64,000 nucleotides of DNA from Candidatus Latescibacterota bacterium (GTDB taxonomy: Bacteria; Latescibacterota; UBA2968; GCA-2709665), in the NCBI GenBank assembly GCA_965203805.1, contig OZ241917.1:1632001-1696000 (forward strand). The letters are read 5' to 3'. The stretch's first letter is position 1, and each line of letters begins with the position of its first letter. Position numbers and translations under genes: made by a program. The notes below the pieces were generated by a model. That model was not told the origin of the DNA and made no database searches. It saw nothing but the letters and a program-made list of their open reading frames with translations. Shown one piece after another: positions 19,897-30,730 of the stretch.

Positions 19897-20889
19897 TTAG
19901 CGTTCGTCAGGACGTTGTGGAGAGCATCCTTCCTCTGTCGCTGCCTGAATGCAACCGAGATTATCGTAGACCCACCAGGCGCATTCGAATGTCTCCTCAG
20001 CGTCGTCCCGCGGACCATACTCTTGGAAGTGATCGACCAGCGTTAACAAGAAGAACGGAATTCCCAATGAAAAGGCCGTTTCCTCTTCTGACCTGATTTC
20101 GGTGGCGCTGCCGTAGCCTTCAAGAAGGCGAGGAAGGTGGCGGAGCCATGGACGTGTTCGCCCGGTGCTGCAGTCCCGAGCAACCAGGTTGGCCGCGAAA
20201 TTCGCAAGATCGCAGATGCGTGGCCCGACACTGATATGGTCACAGTCAACAAAACCGCTAACTTGACCGTTATGGAGTAGCGTATTGCCTAAGTGGCAAT
20301 CCCAAAGCACGGGCTGCTGGACAAGTCGAGGCGAAACGTCAGCGATTGGGTCTTCCAGACCCGAAAGAATGACTTCAAGTCGTTCACGGCTCCTGCCGGT
20401 CATCCGCTCACGCATCCGCGGGACTTTAACCTCAAACAGCCGCGAATAGAGTTCGGTCTCCCAAGTATCAATCTGGCCATCATACATCGCAAGGACCTGA
20501 TGCAGGTTGGCGTAAGCTCGGCCAACGTTGTAGTAGATCGGCCCCGCGTCATCAGCGTACAGGTCCGTACTTTCGCGCTCTATGCGAGGCAAAAGGATGA
20601 ATGCATTTGATCCGTCGGATGCATGAAATCCACCACTCCGAGTTGTAAGCAGGTAAGCGACCCGAACACCGGAGCGATGCAGATACTGGGTCACACGGTG
20701 CTGTAACCCAAGCGGTGAGAATGTGTCGTCCAGGCCACCAACGTCCTTTAGAACGTAGCGTTCGCCAGTGCTTGCAGTGACATGGTGAATGTGGGGAAAT
20801 TGTGGATCGGTTTCTATGGTTTCGGCGTTGACAGGCCAGTCTTCCAGCAGATCACGAATCCTGGCGGTTGGTTTTTCCCGGGTTGTCAT
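19897..20889 (-). CDS. APH-family phosphotransferase
   Basis: WDCHLGN, FVDCD; cassette ends gttaaatgc/gcatttaac. Confidence 0.7.
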   Translation of the reverse strand: MTTREKPTARIRDLLEDWPVNAETIETDPQFPHIHHVTASTGERYVLKDVGGLDDTFSPLGLQHRVTQYLHRSGVRVAYLLTTRSGGFHASDGSNAFILLPRIERESTDLYADDAGPIYYNVGRAYANLHQVLAMYDGQIDTWETELYSRLFEVKVPRMRERMTGRSRERLEVILSGLEDPIADVSPRLVQQPVLWDCHLGNTLLHNGQVSGFVDCDHISVGPRICDLANFAANLVARDCSTGRTRPWLRHLPRLLEGYGSATEIRSEEETAFSLGIPFFLLTLVDHFQEYGPRDDAEETFECAWWVYDNLGCIQAATEEGCSPQRPDER

Positions 20890-20974
20890 GGCTATAGACT
20901 TCGCGAAGCTCGCGACGAAGTTGTGTATTCTGGTTTCGTGCGCGACTGGGTTGGGCGGGGGCCCCGCTGCTTGC

Positions 20975-21035
20975 ATTTAACGTGCTTGATGTGCGAAGCC
21001 GCCGCAGGCGGTTTGGGCGAACGAACCCAGCATTT
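20975..21035 (-). repeat. Truncated attC-like site
   Basis: ATTTAACgtgcttgatgtgcgaagccgccgcaggcgg; second arm missing. Confidence 0.5.
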
Positions 21036-21209
21036 GCCGCGGCCGATCTTCGGTTGCTCGGCAAGGCAACAATCCGGCGCGATCAGCGCGATTATGGCCA
21101 ATGCCAGAAGAGAAATTCGTTGGGTTGACGGAACTCTCATGTTCGGGACTTCCATTTGTTTTTTGTGAATTCGTCCAACCGGAAGCAGTTCCACACCATC
21201 ATCGATGAC

Positions 21210-22715
21210 CTACTTATCACCCTCGATTTCTAAGTCGCCGTTTTTTGTGATACGACCGACAGCGAACCTGAAGCTGAAAAGGTCCGCGTGTTTGAATTGG
21301 AACTTTAGGCGCGCGGACTTTCCGGCGTAATCCCCGGGAGTGAGTCCGGACTGCCACGTGACCGGGTGGTCGATTTCGTCACCCCTCAGTGGCTTGCAGT
21401 CGTTCAGCGTCAGGCCCTTCAGGGGCCGGCCGTTTGCATCCTGGATTTCGACCCGGATTTCCCCGGCAGGTCGGGGCCAGGCGATGTAGTTGAGCTCCAG
21501 TCGGCTGCCGTTGAGCACAAACGGTTTTGTCACGATCGTTCCGCCGTCCGGACCGGATCGGACGGAAACGAATCCGTCGACACGGAACGTAAAACGCCTG
21601 AGCCGCGTCCTCGGCACGAATGACTTCTTCTTCCACTCGGGGTCCTCATATCCGTACCCTTCGGTGGCGTAGACGAAGTACTCGCGCTCATTGCCACGAA
21701 CCAGACCGTGGGCCATGAAGTTGGCCCGGTTGCCATCGCGTTGCTGGGGCGCACTGCCGGGAATCAATGGTTCGCGGCGTCGCAGGAACGAGTGCCCGCC
21801 GTCGCGGCTGGTCATCAGGATGGGATGGACCTGGGCGACGGCAAACCGGTCCGTGTATTCGGTGGGAAAGGCGATCAGAATGTGTGGCGCGCGTTCATAT
21901 GGAAGGACGCCGTTGGTGTACATCTCCCGGTCGACCTTGTCCGAATACGTCAGCGGAACGGGTTCCGTCCAGTTCACAAAATCGTCCGACACGGCCATGT
22001 GCACATTGCGCAAATAACCTTTTAGCAGATCCCGCACGAATGCGACGTAGCGGCCGAGAACCGGATCCCGGAACGCCAGGTTCTGCGAATCGAATCGCCC
22101 CTTCGTAATCGCGGGCTTTTCGGTCATCAACGTCCAGTGAAGTCCGTCCGGCGACTTGAAGGGATACATGCCGTAATCGGTGTATTTTCCCGGAATCTGG
22201 TGCGCGCCGCGAGCCCCGCGGACCAGTGCCTTGTACCGAGCGTCGGGTCTTACAGTTGGGCTGGTGTCGATGAACGGGACCATGTCGCCGCGCCATCCCA
22301 GGCCAGTGTGGGTTCCCAGTTTGCCTTGCCATTTGGCGGTGGGAAGGTACTTTCTGCCATCCCCACCGAGGACGATGTTGTTGTCCGAGGATCCTCTGAA
22401 TTTGAATAGACCAAGGTTTGGCTTCGTCCACCGGATGCCGTCGCGGCTTTCCGCGTAACACATCGGTTCGCCGCGCGCGTCTTCGCCGCTGCCGTGATGA
22501 TAGCCGCGGTAGTACATGCGAAACAGATCTCCGTCCTTGAGTACCGAGACGTAGCCCAAAGAAGTGTCTTCCCAGGGCTTGTCGTTCATCAGCACGACCT
22601 CTTTGCCCAACGGCTCGTGCAGATGTTGCGCCGCGTCGCCCTCGAAGCGTTCCACAATCCAGTCATCAACGAACAATTCGCGCCGCAGCGGCGATGATGG
22701 ATTGATGTCTGTCAT
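21210..22715 (-). CDS. Putative five-bladed beta-propeller glycosidase-like protein
   Basis: RELFVDD, YAESRDGIRW, SPDGLHW, FDSQN, RVDGFVS. Confidence 0.6.
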   Translation of the reverse strand: MTDINPSSPLRRELFVDDWIVERFEGDAAQHLHEPLGKEVVLMNDKPWEDTSLGYVSVLKDGDLFRMYYRGYHHGSGEDARGEPMCYAESRDGIRWTKPNLGLFKFRGSSDNNIVLGGDGRKYLPTAKWQGKLGTHTGLGWRGDMVPFIDTSPTVRPDARYKALVRGARGAHQIPGKYTDYGMYPFKSPDGLHWTLMTEKPAITKGRFDSQNLAFRDPVLGRYVAFVRDLLKGYLRNVHMAVSDDFVNWTEPVPLTYSDKVDREMYTNGVLPYERAPHILIAFPTEYTDRFAVAQVHPILMTSRDGGHSFLRRREPLIPGSAPQQRDGNRANFMAHGLVRGNEREYFVYATEGYGYEDPEWKKKSFVPRTRLRRFTFRVDGFVSVRSGPDGGTIVTKPFVLNGSRLELNYIAWPRPAGEIRVEIQDANGRPLKGLTLNDCKPLRGDEIDHPVTWQSGLTPGDYAGKSARLKFQFKHADLFSFRFAVGRITKNGDLEIEGDK

Positions 22716-22811
22716 CGGTTTACACCTCGGGTGAAATGCCGGATCGACGTGTATCAGCGATTCTGTGCTTTTGGCGGCCAGGAATGGCCGCTGTGTCTTT
22801 GTGCCGCTTGC

Positions 22812-22878
22812 GCAAAACGTTCTCGCCGTGTGCGAACGAAGGTACGGATGCGCCGAGCCGCGCACGGTCGTGTTACAC
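22812..22878 (-). repeat. attC-like site (short)
   Basis: GCAAAAC..ccgtgtgcg..cgcgcacgg..GTTACAC. Confidence 0.7.
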
Positions 22879-23379
22879 GCTGCCGTGACTGGGTGGACGT
22901 GACCAGTCGTCCATAGCCGGAAGCTCGTCAATCTGGTCGGTATTCAGACGTTCGTTGAGTTCCCAGAGTGCGACTCGGTTGCTTTCCCATGTGAGCAGCC
23001 TCGTGGCTTCCCTGAAAGACAACCAGCTCACCTTGTCATGTTCATGGGACAAATCAAGTTCTTGACCGCTTACATCAACCGCAAATGAGTATTCAGGCAC
23101 GACAAAGATGTCCTTGGACCAGTGTTCAATTGGTGAGAATGCCGTCTTGGGGACGGATGCTCGGGAATCCAGCCGAAAGAAACGTGCCCCCTTTGGAATG
23201 CCCGCCTCCTCTTCTGCCTCGCGCCGTGCGGTTTGCTCTGCCGTCTCATCGTCTTCGGCACCACCTGCAATGAACTGCCACATAGAGTCATCCGCCCGAT
23301 GAAAGACGGCAAACTGGTATCCGACACTCCCACTCTCCCTGAACGGTATCACGATCACTTGTAGTGGTTGCCTTGCCAT
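22873..23379 (-). CDS. NUDIX pyrophosphatase (NudB-like)
   Basis: WQFIAGGAEDDETAEQTARREAEEEAG, LSHEH; stop codon lies in the attC inverse core. Confidence 0.85.
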   Translation of the reverse strand: MARQPLQVIVIPFRESGSVGYQFAVFHRADDSMWQFIAGGAEDDETAEQTARREAEEEAGIPKGARFFRLDSRASVPKTAFSPIEHWSKDIFVVPEYSFAVDVSGQELDLSHEHDKVSWLSFREATRLLTWESNRVALWELNERLNTDQIDELPAMDDWSRPPSHGSV

Positions 23380-23451
23380 GCTAACTATTCTCTCGGGTTG
23401 AGTCGCTCATACTCGTCCATCACAGCAGAAATATAGCCCCGCCACGGTTTT

Positions 23452-23646
23452 CGTGTAAAGTCTCACGGTTTGCGAACCCGCGAAGCGGCTTGCCGTCGGC
23501 CAAGGCGCCACCGGCCCCGCAGCGCAACACCGATGTGTTATGCGCCACTAACGGTTCCTGGCTTTACGACGTGGGCCGGTCCCAAAGGCCCATGTGCCCG
23601 CAGGGCCGAGGGGCGGATGCCCCGAAGCGTAAAGCCGGTGTCAGCC
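23452..23646 (-). repeat. Two back-to-back attC-like sites (empty cassette)
   Basis: 23452..23543 ends GTTATGC; 23546..23646 is CACTAAC..ggctttacg..cgtaaagcc..GTCAGCC. Confidence 0.7.
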
Positions 23647-23725
23647 GTGTTTATTAATTCGTATCCGTTCATTGTCGGGGCCTTATGTATCAAAATGTAG
23701 CCGCTAACTCATTCAGGCAGACTTC

Positions 23726-24646
23726 TCATTCACCAAAAAACGGGTGCGGCTCGCCGGCTTCCACCAGCCTTTGTACCAGACTCGAGTACTTCAACACCTC
23801 CGTCAGCCGGGCGCGCCAATGCGGGGCGTAGAAGCCGACGAATTCCTGGAAGAACGCTCGCGCATCCTCACTGACGCCATCGAAGTATTGCGGCAGCAAA
23901 AACCATGGCTGGTCACTGGCGTAGTTCAGCCCCCGCCGGCGCATCGTGAACTCTGCTGCGGCCCGTTTTTTTACCGAGATCATCAACGAGCGCCTGAGCT
24001 TGTCGGTGTGATAGCGGCCCCGATGAATGCACAACTGGGTAAACAGCACCGCGTCACCGGGTTCCTGGTGGAGACGAACGGCGCCAGGCATATTGTTCGA
24101 ACGGTTGTGGATCCCATCATCGGCGACGCAGATCGCGTGCTCTTCGGGGGAGTAGTCACGCAGGTGAGACCCCGGTACCACTTCGAGATCGTCGGTAGGG
24201 ACCAATGCGATTTGCATCTGCAACCCGGCTCCGGTCTCCGGTCTCCGGGATACGTCTGCTTCTGCTCCGATCTTGTCCTTGTGCCAAAATCCGTCCTGGC
24301 TTTCTCCGGTCGGATTAAAGTAGAGACTGCTCAAGGCGAAGAGAAATTCTTCATCCAGGGCCGCGCTCAGCGATTCGACAACCTGGGGCGACCCCATGGC
24401 ATTGAGCAGAAAGGCGAGATCGTCGGGGTGATCGCGGTGATATTCCGGGTCGTTCAGGTGCCTCATGTAATTGGCCTGGGGCCCCACCGGTGGATTGTCA
24501 CAGCGAGGAGCGCGCCGCCACTGTTCCAGCACTCGCTCACAGATATCGCGCAGCCGTTTTGTCGTCGCTGCGTCGAACAAACCGCGCACCACGGCGTAAG
24601 AGTGTTGGCGTAGCCGCCCAGGGCTGGGTTCAGTAGCAATACTCAT
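23726..24646 (-). CDS. PhyH-like Fe(II)/2OG dioxygenase
   Basis: WHKD, VPGSH, PGDAVLF..IHRG. Confidence 0.75.
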   Translation of the reverse strand: MSIATEPSPGRLRQHSYAVVRGLFDAATTKRLRDICERVLEQWRRAPRCDNPPVGPQANYMRHLNDPEYHRDHPDDLAFLLNAMGSPQVVESLSAALDEEFLFALSSLYFNPTGESQDGFWHKDKIGAEADVSRRPETGAGLQMQIALVPTDDLEVVPGSHLRDYSPEEHAICVADDGIHNRSNNMPGAVRLHQEPGDAVLFTQLCIHRGRYHTDKLRRSLMISVKKRAAAEFTMRRRGLNYASDQPWFLLPQYFDGVSEDARAFFQEFVGFYAPHWRARLTEVLKYSSLVQRLVEAGEPHPFFGE

Positions 24647-24789
24647 TATATCCTCTTGGGTTGCTGTGGGAAGACTATCGACTTCCCCTCTACTCCGGGA
24701 TTCGACCTCTGTGGCTCTGTGGTGAGGCCTTACGATCCCGCTTCCGGGAAGGACGTTGGGATAACAGCCTGGCAAGGTCGATGATTCAA

Positions 24790-27048
24790 TCAGAACTCAG
24801 CGGCAATCATCGCGTACTGTCCAATGTTCGTTAATATGGTTTCCAGGTGGTTTCCGTCGAACGTGACCTCCAGGTCATCTCCCGTGCAAACGTCCCACAC
24901 GCGACGAGGAGCGCCCCGCTCCGTGAGCTGCCAGCGCAGGTTCACTTCGGGTATCGTGGTCACATAGTCAAACTGTGGGCTGAAGCGCGGCCAGATCCCC
25001 GGCAGATGCTCGACGCGCTCGCCGGTGTGATTGATCAGAAACAACACTTGGCTTCCCGGTTTTTCATTCGGAATCATCACGAGTTGGTTCGGGCCATCGG
25101 TCATCAGAGGCCGGCCCTCCGGGTAGAGCCAATCCACCACGGCGCCCAGAAGATCGCGGACCACCAGCAGGCGATATTCGAAATGAAGCTCCTCCACCGG
25201 CGCGGCCACATAGACGACGCGGCCCTTGCCAACCGTCCGGCAGGTGAGGGCGGGACACAGAGCGTCGTCCTCGCGCCCACCGAAGACGATGTTCGCCACC
25301 ACGTCGGTTCCCGGCCGGGCCTGGACGAACTCGAACCGATTGAGCGGCCACAGCTCATGCGAGCACCCCTCGGCCAGCCATTGACCCGGAACGCAGCGAC
25401 CGTACGTGTCGAACGTCCCCGCGGCCCAGAGGTGTTGTTCGTAATCTGCGAATTGGTCGGGGTTCGGGTCCACGCGGTCCACGCCCAGAAGGTCCGCCAA
25501 GGCGAAGTTGTCGCGCATCTCATCGGGCTCGGCGCCGTACAGGCTCGTCCGGTACGTCGCCAGGAGCCGCCCGCCCGCCTTCACATATTCCGTGATGCCT
25601 TCGACTTCCTCCCGCGTGAGATGGCCGACGTTGGGCAGAAACAGAACGGGATACTTTGCCAACGCCGCTGCATCGGAGAGAACCCGCTCCTCGATCACCG
25701 ATGTCGGCAAATGGTTGGCCAGCATGGCCGAGAAGGCCCCGCGACGGCAGGATTGCTGCGGGGGCGTGCGCACGAGATAGCCCGCCTCGGAGAGCGGGGC
25801 CTCGAGTTCCCCCGGGCGGTCGGCGAGGTCCTGCCTGGACTGGCCGATGACATCGCGCGGACGATCGCGCATCACCAGGGGCTCGGCGCGGAACCGCAAC
25901 CGCTCGAGCATCTCATACACCCGCACCGGCAAAACAAACGGAATAGCAACAAACGGTGACGGGTGGAGATCTTCGAAGAGTGATTCGTTCCTCTCCAGGA
26001 TCTCAAGGAGCGCCGCCAGCTCACGATTGGCTTTATGGGGAGGCGACAGCCAAAGGTTCACGCCGCACGCCACCAGGACGCCCCCTCCGGAAGCAAAGCT
26101 GGCTGCCGCCTCCTCGACGAGTTCCATGCCGAAGCACTGCGCCCGCGACCAGCCCGTCAAGGCGCCGACGTATTGCCACATGGCCCATCCCGACGACTCG
26201 GCCAGACTGGCCGCCTCGAGCCGATGAAGGAAGTCGCCCCCGGCCTCGTAGAGGAATCCATCGTGCACTTCCACGATCCTGCGTTCGGGCCAGTCGCCCA
26301 CACCCAGGCCGTGCGTCAGCACCGGGATGTCCTTCTTCTTTCGCGTCGCGGCGGCGAATTCGAGAAAGACATCGCCGACGATCCTGCCGTACTGCAGGCT
26401 CCACGCTTCCAGCATCTCCCGGTCTTCCCGAGGCAGGCTGTGCGGATCGGGTGCATACGGCATTGGGCAGCCGAATTGCCTCTCGAACTTCTCGAGGCAA
26501 TAGTCGCAGTAGCACAAGGGCGACTGCGGGGTGTGGTGCGAATGGTAAGGACAGGCGGAATCGGTGTAGATCGCGTCGACGTCGTGGTCCACCACTTGTG
26601 CGATGAAAGCGCAGATGGCCTCTCGGTACGGTGTGTTGAAGCAGACGTGCCGGTGAAATCCGCCGCCGTGGTGCCTCAGGACAGGAGCGTCGCCTTCGGG
26701 GCTGGGGCGGTACATCCACTCCGGATGATGGATCAGCATGTTGTCTTCGGGAATAATGTGCCCCACGGGAATGTACCCGATGACGCGGACGTCCCGCGCA
26801 TGGGCCTCGGCGATGGTCTCGGCGAGCAGGTCGCGCTCACCTAATTGAGGGTGCGGGGGAAAGAACTCATTGGGGAAGACCGCCCATTTGCCCGCGCTGC
26901 CGAACCAAATGGCGTTGGCGTGGTATTCCCGCACGACATCGACGAGCTGCTTCGCGTCAAAATCGATATCGGGCCAGAAGGGCGGGTGGTATTGCTCTAT
27001 CTGAAAGGTGCGCGCCCGCCGTACCCACTCGTGACTCGGCTTGATCAT
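24790..27048 (-). CDS. GHL6-like glycosyl hydrolase with beta-galactosidase trimerisation-like domain
   Basis: HPQLGERDLLAETIAEAH, HPEW, CFNTPY, CYCDYC, YVKAGGRLLAT. Confidence 0.7.
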   Translation of the reverse strand: MIKPSHEWVRRARTFQIEQYHPPFWPDIDFDAKQLVDVVREYHANAIWFGSAGKWAVFPNEFFPPHPQLGERDLLAETIAEAHARDVRVIGYIPVGHIIPEDNMLIHHPEWMYRPSPEGDAPVLRHHGGGFHRHVCFNTPYREAICAFIAQVVDHDVDAIYTDSACPYHSHHTPQSPLCYCDYCLEKFERQFGCPMPYAPDPHSLPREDREMLEAWSLQYGRIVGDVFLEFAAATRKKKDIPVLTHGLGVGDWPERRIVEVHDGFLYEAGGDFLHRLEAASLAESSGWAMWQYVGALTGWSRAQCFGMELVEEAAASFASGGGVLVACGVNLWLSPPHKANRELAALLEILERNESLFEDLHPSPFVAIPFVLPVRVYEMLERLRFRAEPLVMRDRPRDVIGQSRQDLADRPGELEAPLSEAGYLVRTPPQQSCRRGAFSAMLANHLPTSVIEERVLSDAAALAKYPVLFLPNVGHLTREEVEGITEYVKAGGRLLATYRTSLYGAEPDEMRDNFALADLLGVDRVDPNPDQFADYEQHLWAAGTFDTYGRCVPGQWLAEGCSHELWPLNRFEFVQARPGTDVVANIVFGGREDDALCPALTCRTVGKGRVVYVAAPVEELHFEYRLLVVRDLLGAVVDWLYPEGRPLMTDGPNQLVMIPNEKPGSQVLFLINHTGERVEHLPGIWPRFSPQFDYVTTIPEVNLRWQLTERGAPRRVWDVCTGDDLEVTFDGNHLETILTNIGQYAMIAAEF

Positions 27049-27410
27049 AGCGATGACCTCCAAAATCCGTACCGTCTCTTTTTTCCCGCAGAGCCCGCGG
27101 AGAACGCAGAGAACGGCCTCCCTTGATTCACGGCCGCTCATCATGATCGAGAAGCCGAGAACTATCAGGCTGAACCCAGCCAGCAGCAGGCCAAGCTCGG
27201 CTGTCGCCGTCAACTCAGGATCGTCCCAAGCAACAAGAGCAAAGTCAGAGAATGGACGATAAACGCTCTGGTTGCGAGAGCGCGCACGTTTAACCCGAGG
27301 ACCTCAACGACCCTCCCCGCTGTCATGAGGATGGAAGCAGTAGCGCAGGTAACGCCGCAACCAGAGCGGCACGGAGGTCATTCGCAGTCATTGGTTTCGA
27401 CTGGCATGGC

Positions 27411-27507
27411 TGCTAACGTTCCGCCGGTTTGCGAACCCCGACCTTGTCGAGGGGTTGCCGCAGGCCAAGCCGCCAGAGGCGGCGTAGCGCAAGTGGACGT
27501 GTTAGGT
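27411..27507 (-). repeat. attC-like site (arms poorly matched)
   Basis: TGCTAAC...cgcaagtggacgtGTTAGGT. Confidence 0.75.
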
Positions 27508-27562
27508 GGCTGTGCCAGCCGGGGGTGGGGGGCATTGCCACGGACGGCAATGCCGCTGTCTT

Positions 27563-27736
27563 TCAGGTTGAATCTACAGGTTCAACTCGCTTAGGGGGAA
27601 GGGAAGTGAACTGCCTTCCACTCGCTTTTTCTTGCTCTTTTAGATCCTCATATATAGCCTGTAGATCATAGTTAAATTTCTTCGCATGTGCTTCGCGGAT
27701 CCTCCTGACTTCGTCTACAATCGGATCTTTCCACAT
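27563..27736 (-). CDS. Small putative antitoxin
   Basis: MWKDPIVDEVRRIREAHAKKFNYDL, typical partner of this PIN family. Confidence 0.7.
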   Translation of the reverse strand: MWKDPIVDEVRRIREAHAKKFNYDLQAIYEDLKEQEKASGRQFTSLPPKRVEPVDST

Positions 27737-27740
27737 ATCA

Positions 27741-28214
27741 TTATTCCTCCAACAATTCTTCAGGTGTACAGATGACCGTTGGTTCATACCCGTTGGCCCG
27801 ACAGATCTGCTCGATTTTGCTCCGCATGGCGGCATTAGCCATATGACTGCAATTCCACGTCAGCAGATAATCCATGCCGTTGATTACAGCCACTGCGATA
27901 TGGATCGCATCTTCGGTAGCGTGCTGAGGAAGAGGACCTTTCTCTACCAGCTCTTTGGCAAGAGATAGGGCCTCTTCGGTTACTCCCAGCAATTCAACTG
28001 TTTCCAATGCTGCCAATCGTCTCCGACTCATCTCTTGGTCTCCTGCCTTCGCCTCATCCCAAACAAGCTGAGAAGCGAAAAGATCAAAGTCCTCCTTCCG
28101 CGTACTCCACCACTCATCCGTAATTTGTTGGTGTGCAGCAACGATCAGATCGCGACTCGGACGAGATGTCAGATAACTTATGAACGTCGTTTCAATATAG
28201 GCTTTGGGCTTCAT
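27741..28214 (-). CDS. PIN-domain (VapC-like) toxin
   Basis: YIETTFISYL, DAIHIAVA, LLTWNCSHMAN, ICTPEEL. Confidence 0.85.
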   Translation of the reverse strand: MKPKAYIETTFISYLTSRPSRDLIVAAHQQITDEWWSTRKEDFDLFASQLVWDEAKAGDQEMSRRRLAALETVELLGVTEEALSLAKELVEKGPLPQHATEDAIHIAVAVINGMDYLLTWNCSHMANAAMRSKIEQICRANGYEPTVICTPEELLEE

Positions 28215-28326
28215 TTTGTATCCTCTGTCAACCGGCCTGTTGGACTCTGCATCGGGCCACCCCTATAATTCGCTTTTGCGTCGCCTTCATGTAACGGTCG
28301 GCGCACTCGCCAATTTCCTATCAGTT

Positions 28327-29301
28327 TCATTCCTCCCACGGCAGGAAACAGACTTTGACGGCCTGAAGGTTCTCCAACAGGTTGACGCCTTCAGCGTAGC
28401 GTTCGAGCGGCAGCTTGTGCGTGACGAGCGCGGCCAAGTCGAGCTTGCCGCGGCGGATGAGGTCGAGCGCATACTCGGCCGATTCGCGCGAGTGGCCCTT
28501 GTACCCGCACAGCCGCAGCCCGCGGTAATGCTGCGGGCTGAACGTGTAGTCTTCGCGCTGCACGCCGAACAGGGCCAGGGCGTCCTGAGTCCGGTCCATG
28601 AGGAACTCCACCGACGCCTTGGCGCCGACGCAGTCCACGGCCGACTCGAGTTTTGGCCATTCCGGCCGCGCCGGGAATTTCCCCGACAAGTCGGCCCGCG
28701 GGTCGTAGCAACCGGCCGCGCCGAGACGCTCGGCCATGGCGCGGCGGTCGGATACGAAGTCGAACCCGTACACTTCCCTGGCGCCCTCGGCTCTGGCCAT
28801 CTGCAGCGCCACCAGCCCGGCCCCGCCCAGGCCGCAGACGCCGAAACAACGGCCCAGGATTGCGTCCATATCGCGCAGCATCCGGAAGCAGGCGCCTACG
28901 CACATAGCAAGCTCGAGCGGCGCCAGCGCCTCGTCGGGCAATTCTCCGGGGACGCGTATTACTCTTGCCGCGTCAATCGCGACGTATTGCGCATAGCAAC
29001 CCTGATGCCCCTCGCCGGTATCGCGCCAGGCGCACACGCGGTCGCCTGCCTTCAAACCAGCCACACCTTCGCCAACAGCCTCGATGCGGCCTACGGCTTC
29101 GTGGCCGGGCTTGCCCGGCGTGAAGGGGTAGTGGAATGCGTGGCCGACAAACATCGGTTCGTTGTGACGCATGTGCAGGTCCCACTGCGGGCAAGTCGTG
29201 ACCGCCGTGATACGCATCAGCACCTCGTCCGGACCGGGCTCGGGAACGGGGACGTCGAGAATCTCGAACTCGCGCGGCGATGTGACCTGCAGGATCTTCA
29301 T
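28327..29301 (-). CDS. Zn-dependent alcohol dehydrogenase (MDR)
   Basis: PGHEAVG, GLGGAG. Confidence 0.85.
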   Translation of the reverse strand: MKILQVTSPREFEILDVPVPEPGPDEVLMRITAVTTCPQWDLHMRHNEPMFVGHAFHYPFTPGKPGHEAVGRIEAVGEGVAGLKAGDRVCAWRDTGEGHQGCYAQYVAIDAARVIRVPGELPDEALAPLELAMCVGACFRMLRDMDAILGRCFGVCGLGGAGLVALQMARAEGAREVYGFDFVSDRRAMAERLGAAGCYDPRADLSGKFPARPEWPKLESAVDCVGAKASVEFLMDRTQDALALFGVQREDYTFSPQHYRGLRLCGYKGHSRESAEYALDLIRRGKLDLAALVTHKLPLERYAEGVNLLENLQAVKVCFLPWEE

Positions 29302-29353
29302 TGTCCGCGCTCCCTGCATGCCCGTGAAGTAGCAGAAGGCTTCATCATTCCGC

Positions 29354-30301
29354 CTATCTTACGTGGCGCTGAATTCGTCCGAAGCGTTCGCGCAGCTTCT
29401 CCACCCGCGGTGTATCGAGGTACGGCGGGTCAACCACCATCAGGTTCTCGCGAAACCGTTCCGGCCTGCGCGTCCCGACACAGCAAGTACTCACGTCCTG
29501 TGCGAGCACGAAGCGCAGCGCCGCCGCGGGCACACTGTAGGGCTTCAGGAAATCAAACAGGTCCGGATCGGTGTACGGCGGCTGGGACGGAAGATAGCCG
29601 GCCGCGACATGCCGCCGCACGCACTCAAGCGCCGCCGGCACACTGACCAGACCGGACTCCTGGTTCGCCTGGTTCAGCGGCATCATCACCGCCGTGCCGA
29701 CATCGTGCCGCGCACACAGCGGCAGCACCGATTCCACCGCGTTTTGCAGTAGAAAATTGATCGTGAGCATGATCACGTCCAGGGCGCCGGTAGGAACCGC
29801 GCGCTTCAGGATCTCGTGTGCTCCGTCAACCGTGGAGAGCTCGCTGATACCGATGAAACGGACCTTGCCCTGCTCACGCAGCCTGGCCATGGCCTCGTAA
29901 CAGCCATCGTTCATAAAACGGTCCAGAGAGTCGAGCGTGCGTATGCCGTGGCCGAGAAGAATATCAAGACGATCACGGCGCAAGCGGCGCAGGCTCTCCT
30001 CGGCTGAGGAGGTCAATGCCGCCGCTGAACCCGTGTATGCCGCATCGCCGCCCCAACCATCGTAAGGCTGATACTTGGTCTCTACTATGATATGGTCGTG
30101 GCCCCGCAACGCTTCGCCCAGTGCGCTCTCGCTGTCACCGTTGCCGTAGTCCGCGGCGGTGTCGACGAAGTTGACGCCGCTCTCGATTGCTGCGTGTACG
30201 GTGGCAATGAACTTCGCCCGGTCCTGCGACGCGCCCCGTGCTGCACCGTAACTGAGTTCCGAGACCTGCAGTTCTGTTCTTCCCAGGCGCCGATACCGCA
30301 T
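29354..30301 (-). CDS. Aldo/keto reductase
   Basis: MRYRRLGRTELQVS, DTAADYG, GKVRFIGIS. Confidence 0.9.
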   Translation of the reverse strand: MRYRRLGRTELQVSELSYGAARGASQDRAKFIATVHAAIESGVNFVDTAADYGNGDSESALGEALRGHDHIIVETKYQPYDGWGGDAAYTGSAAALTSSAEESLRRLRRDRLDILLGHGIRTLDSLDRFMNDGCYEAMARLREQGKVRFIGISELSTVDGAHEILKRAVPTGALDVIMLTINFLLQNAVESVLPLCARHDVGTAVMMPLNQANQESGLVSVPAALECVRRHVAAGYLPSQPPYTDPDLFDFLKPYSVPAAALRFVLAQDVSTCCVGTRRPERFRENLMVVDPPYLDTPRVEKLRERFGRIQRHVR

Positions 30302-30359
30302 GATCAGTTCCTCTGTTCCGCCGTCACTGCTGCTGAGCTCCCTCCGGGACAAGACACTA

Positions 30360-30730
30360 GCTGCGGTTTGACCAAATGCTGCCGCGCCCCTCTCTCCAGG
30401 AACGCCGGTTTCATCATCCTAACCGCTATACGCCGGTCCATCGACGCTTGCCGGGCCGAGTAGACAACCCCCCATCCCGCATTCGCCAAGTGCATCCAGC
30501 AGCTCGTAGTCGGCTTCGCCCCGGTCGTCCCCCGAGGGTCTGATGAATGACCGGGAGCAATGTACGGCCCCCGACTGCCGCGCACTTTCTGGGACGGCAT
30601 CTTGATGGTCGTCCCGGTGAGGATCGTCGGTGGAACAAGAGATGACCAGAGACTGTCTACTCGGTCTCGGATCGAGCTGGCGTCTACCACGCCGGACATC
30701 GGTACGTCGGGCAGTGTGTCCTCCCTGTCT
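30360..30730 (-). pseudogene. Ser/Thr protein kinase N-terminal fragment
   Basis: GVVYSARQASMDRRIAVRMMKP, frameshifted and truncated. Confidence 0.5.

Noticed and set aside
28204-29646. 480-aa plus-strand ORF and similar long ORFs (76..1056, 24847..25959, 57316..58683, 61961..63076)
   Set aside because: Shadow frames of clear genes in GC-rich DNA
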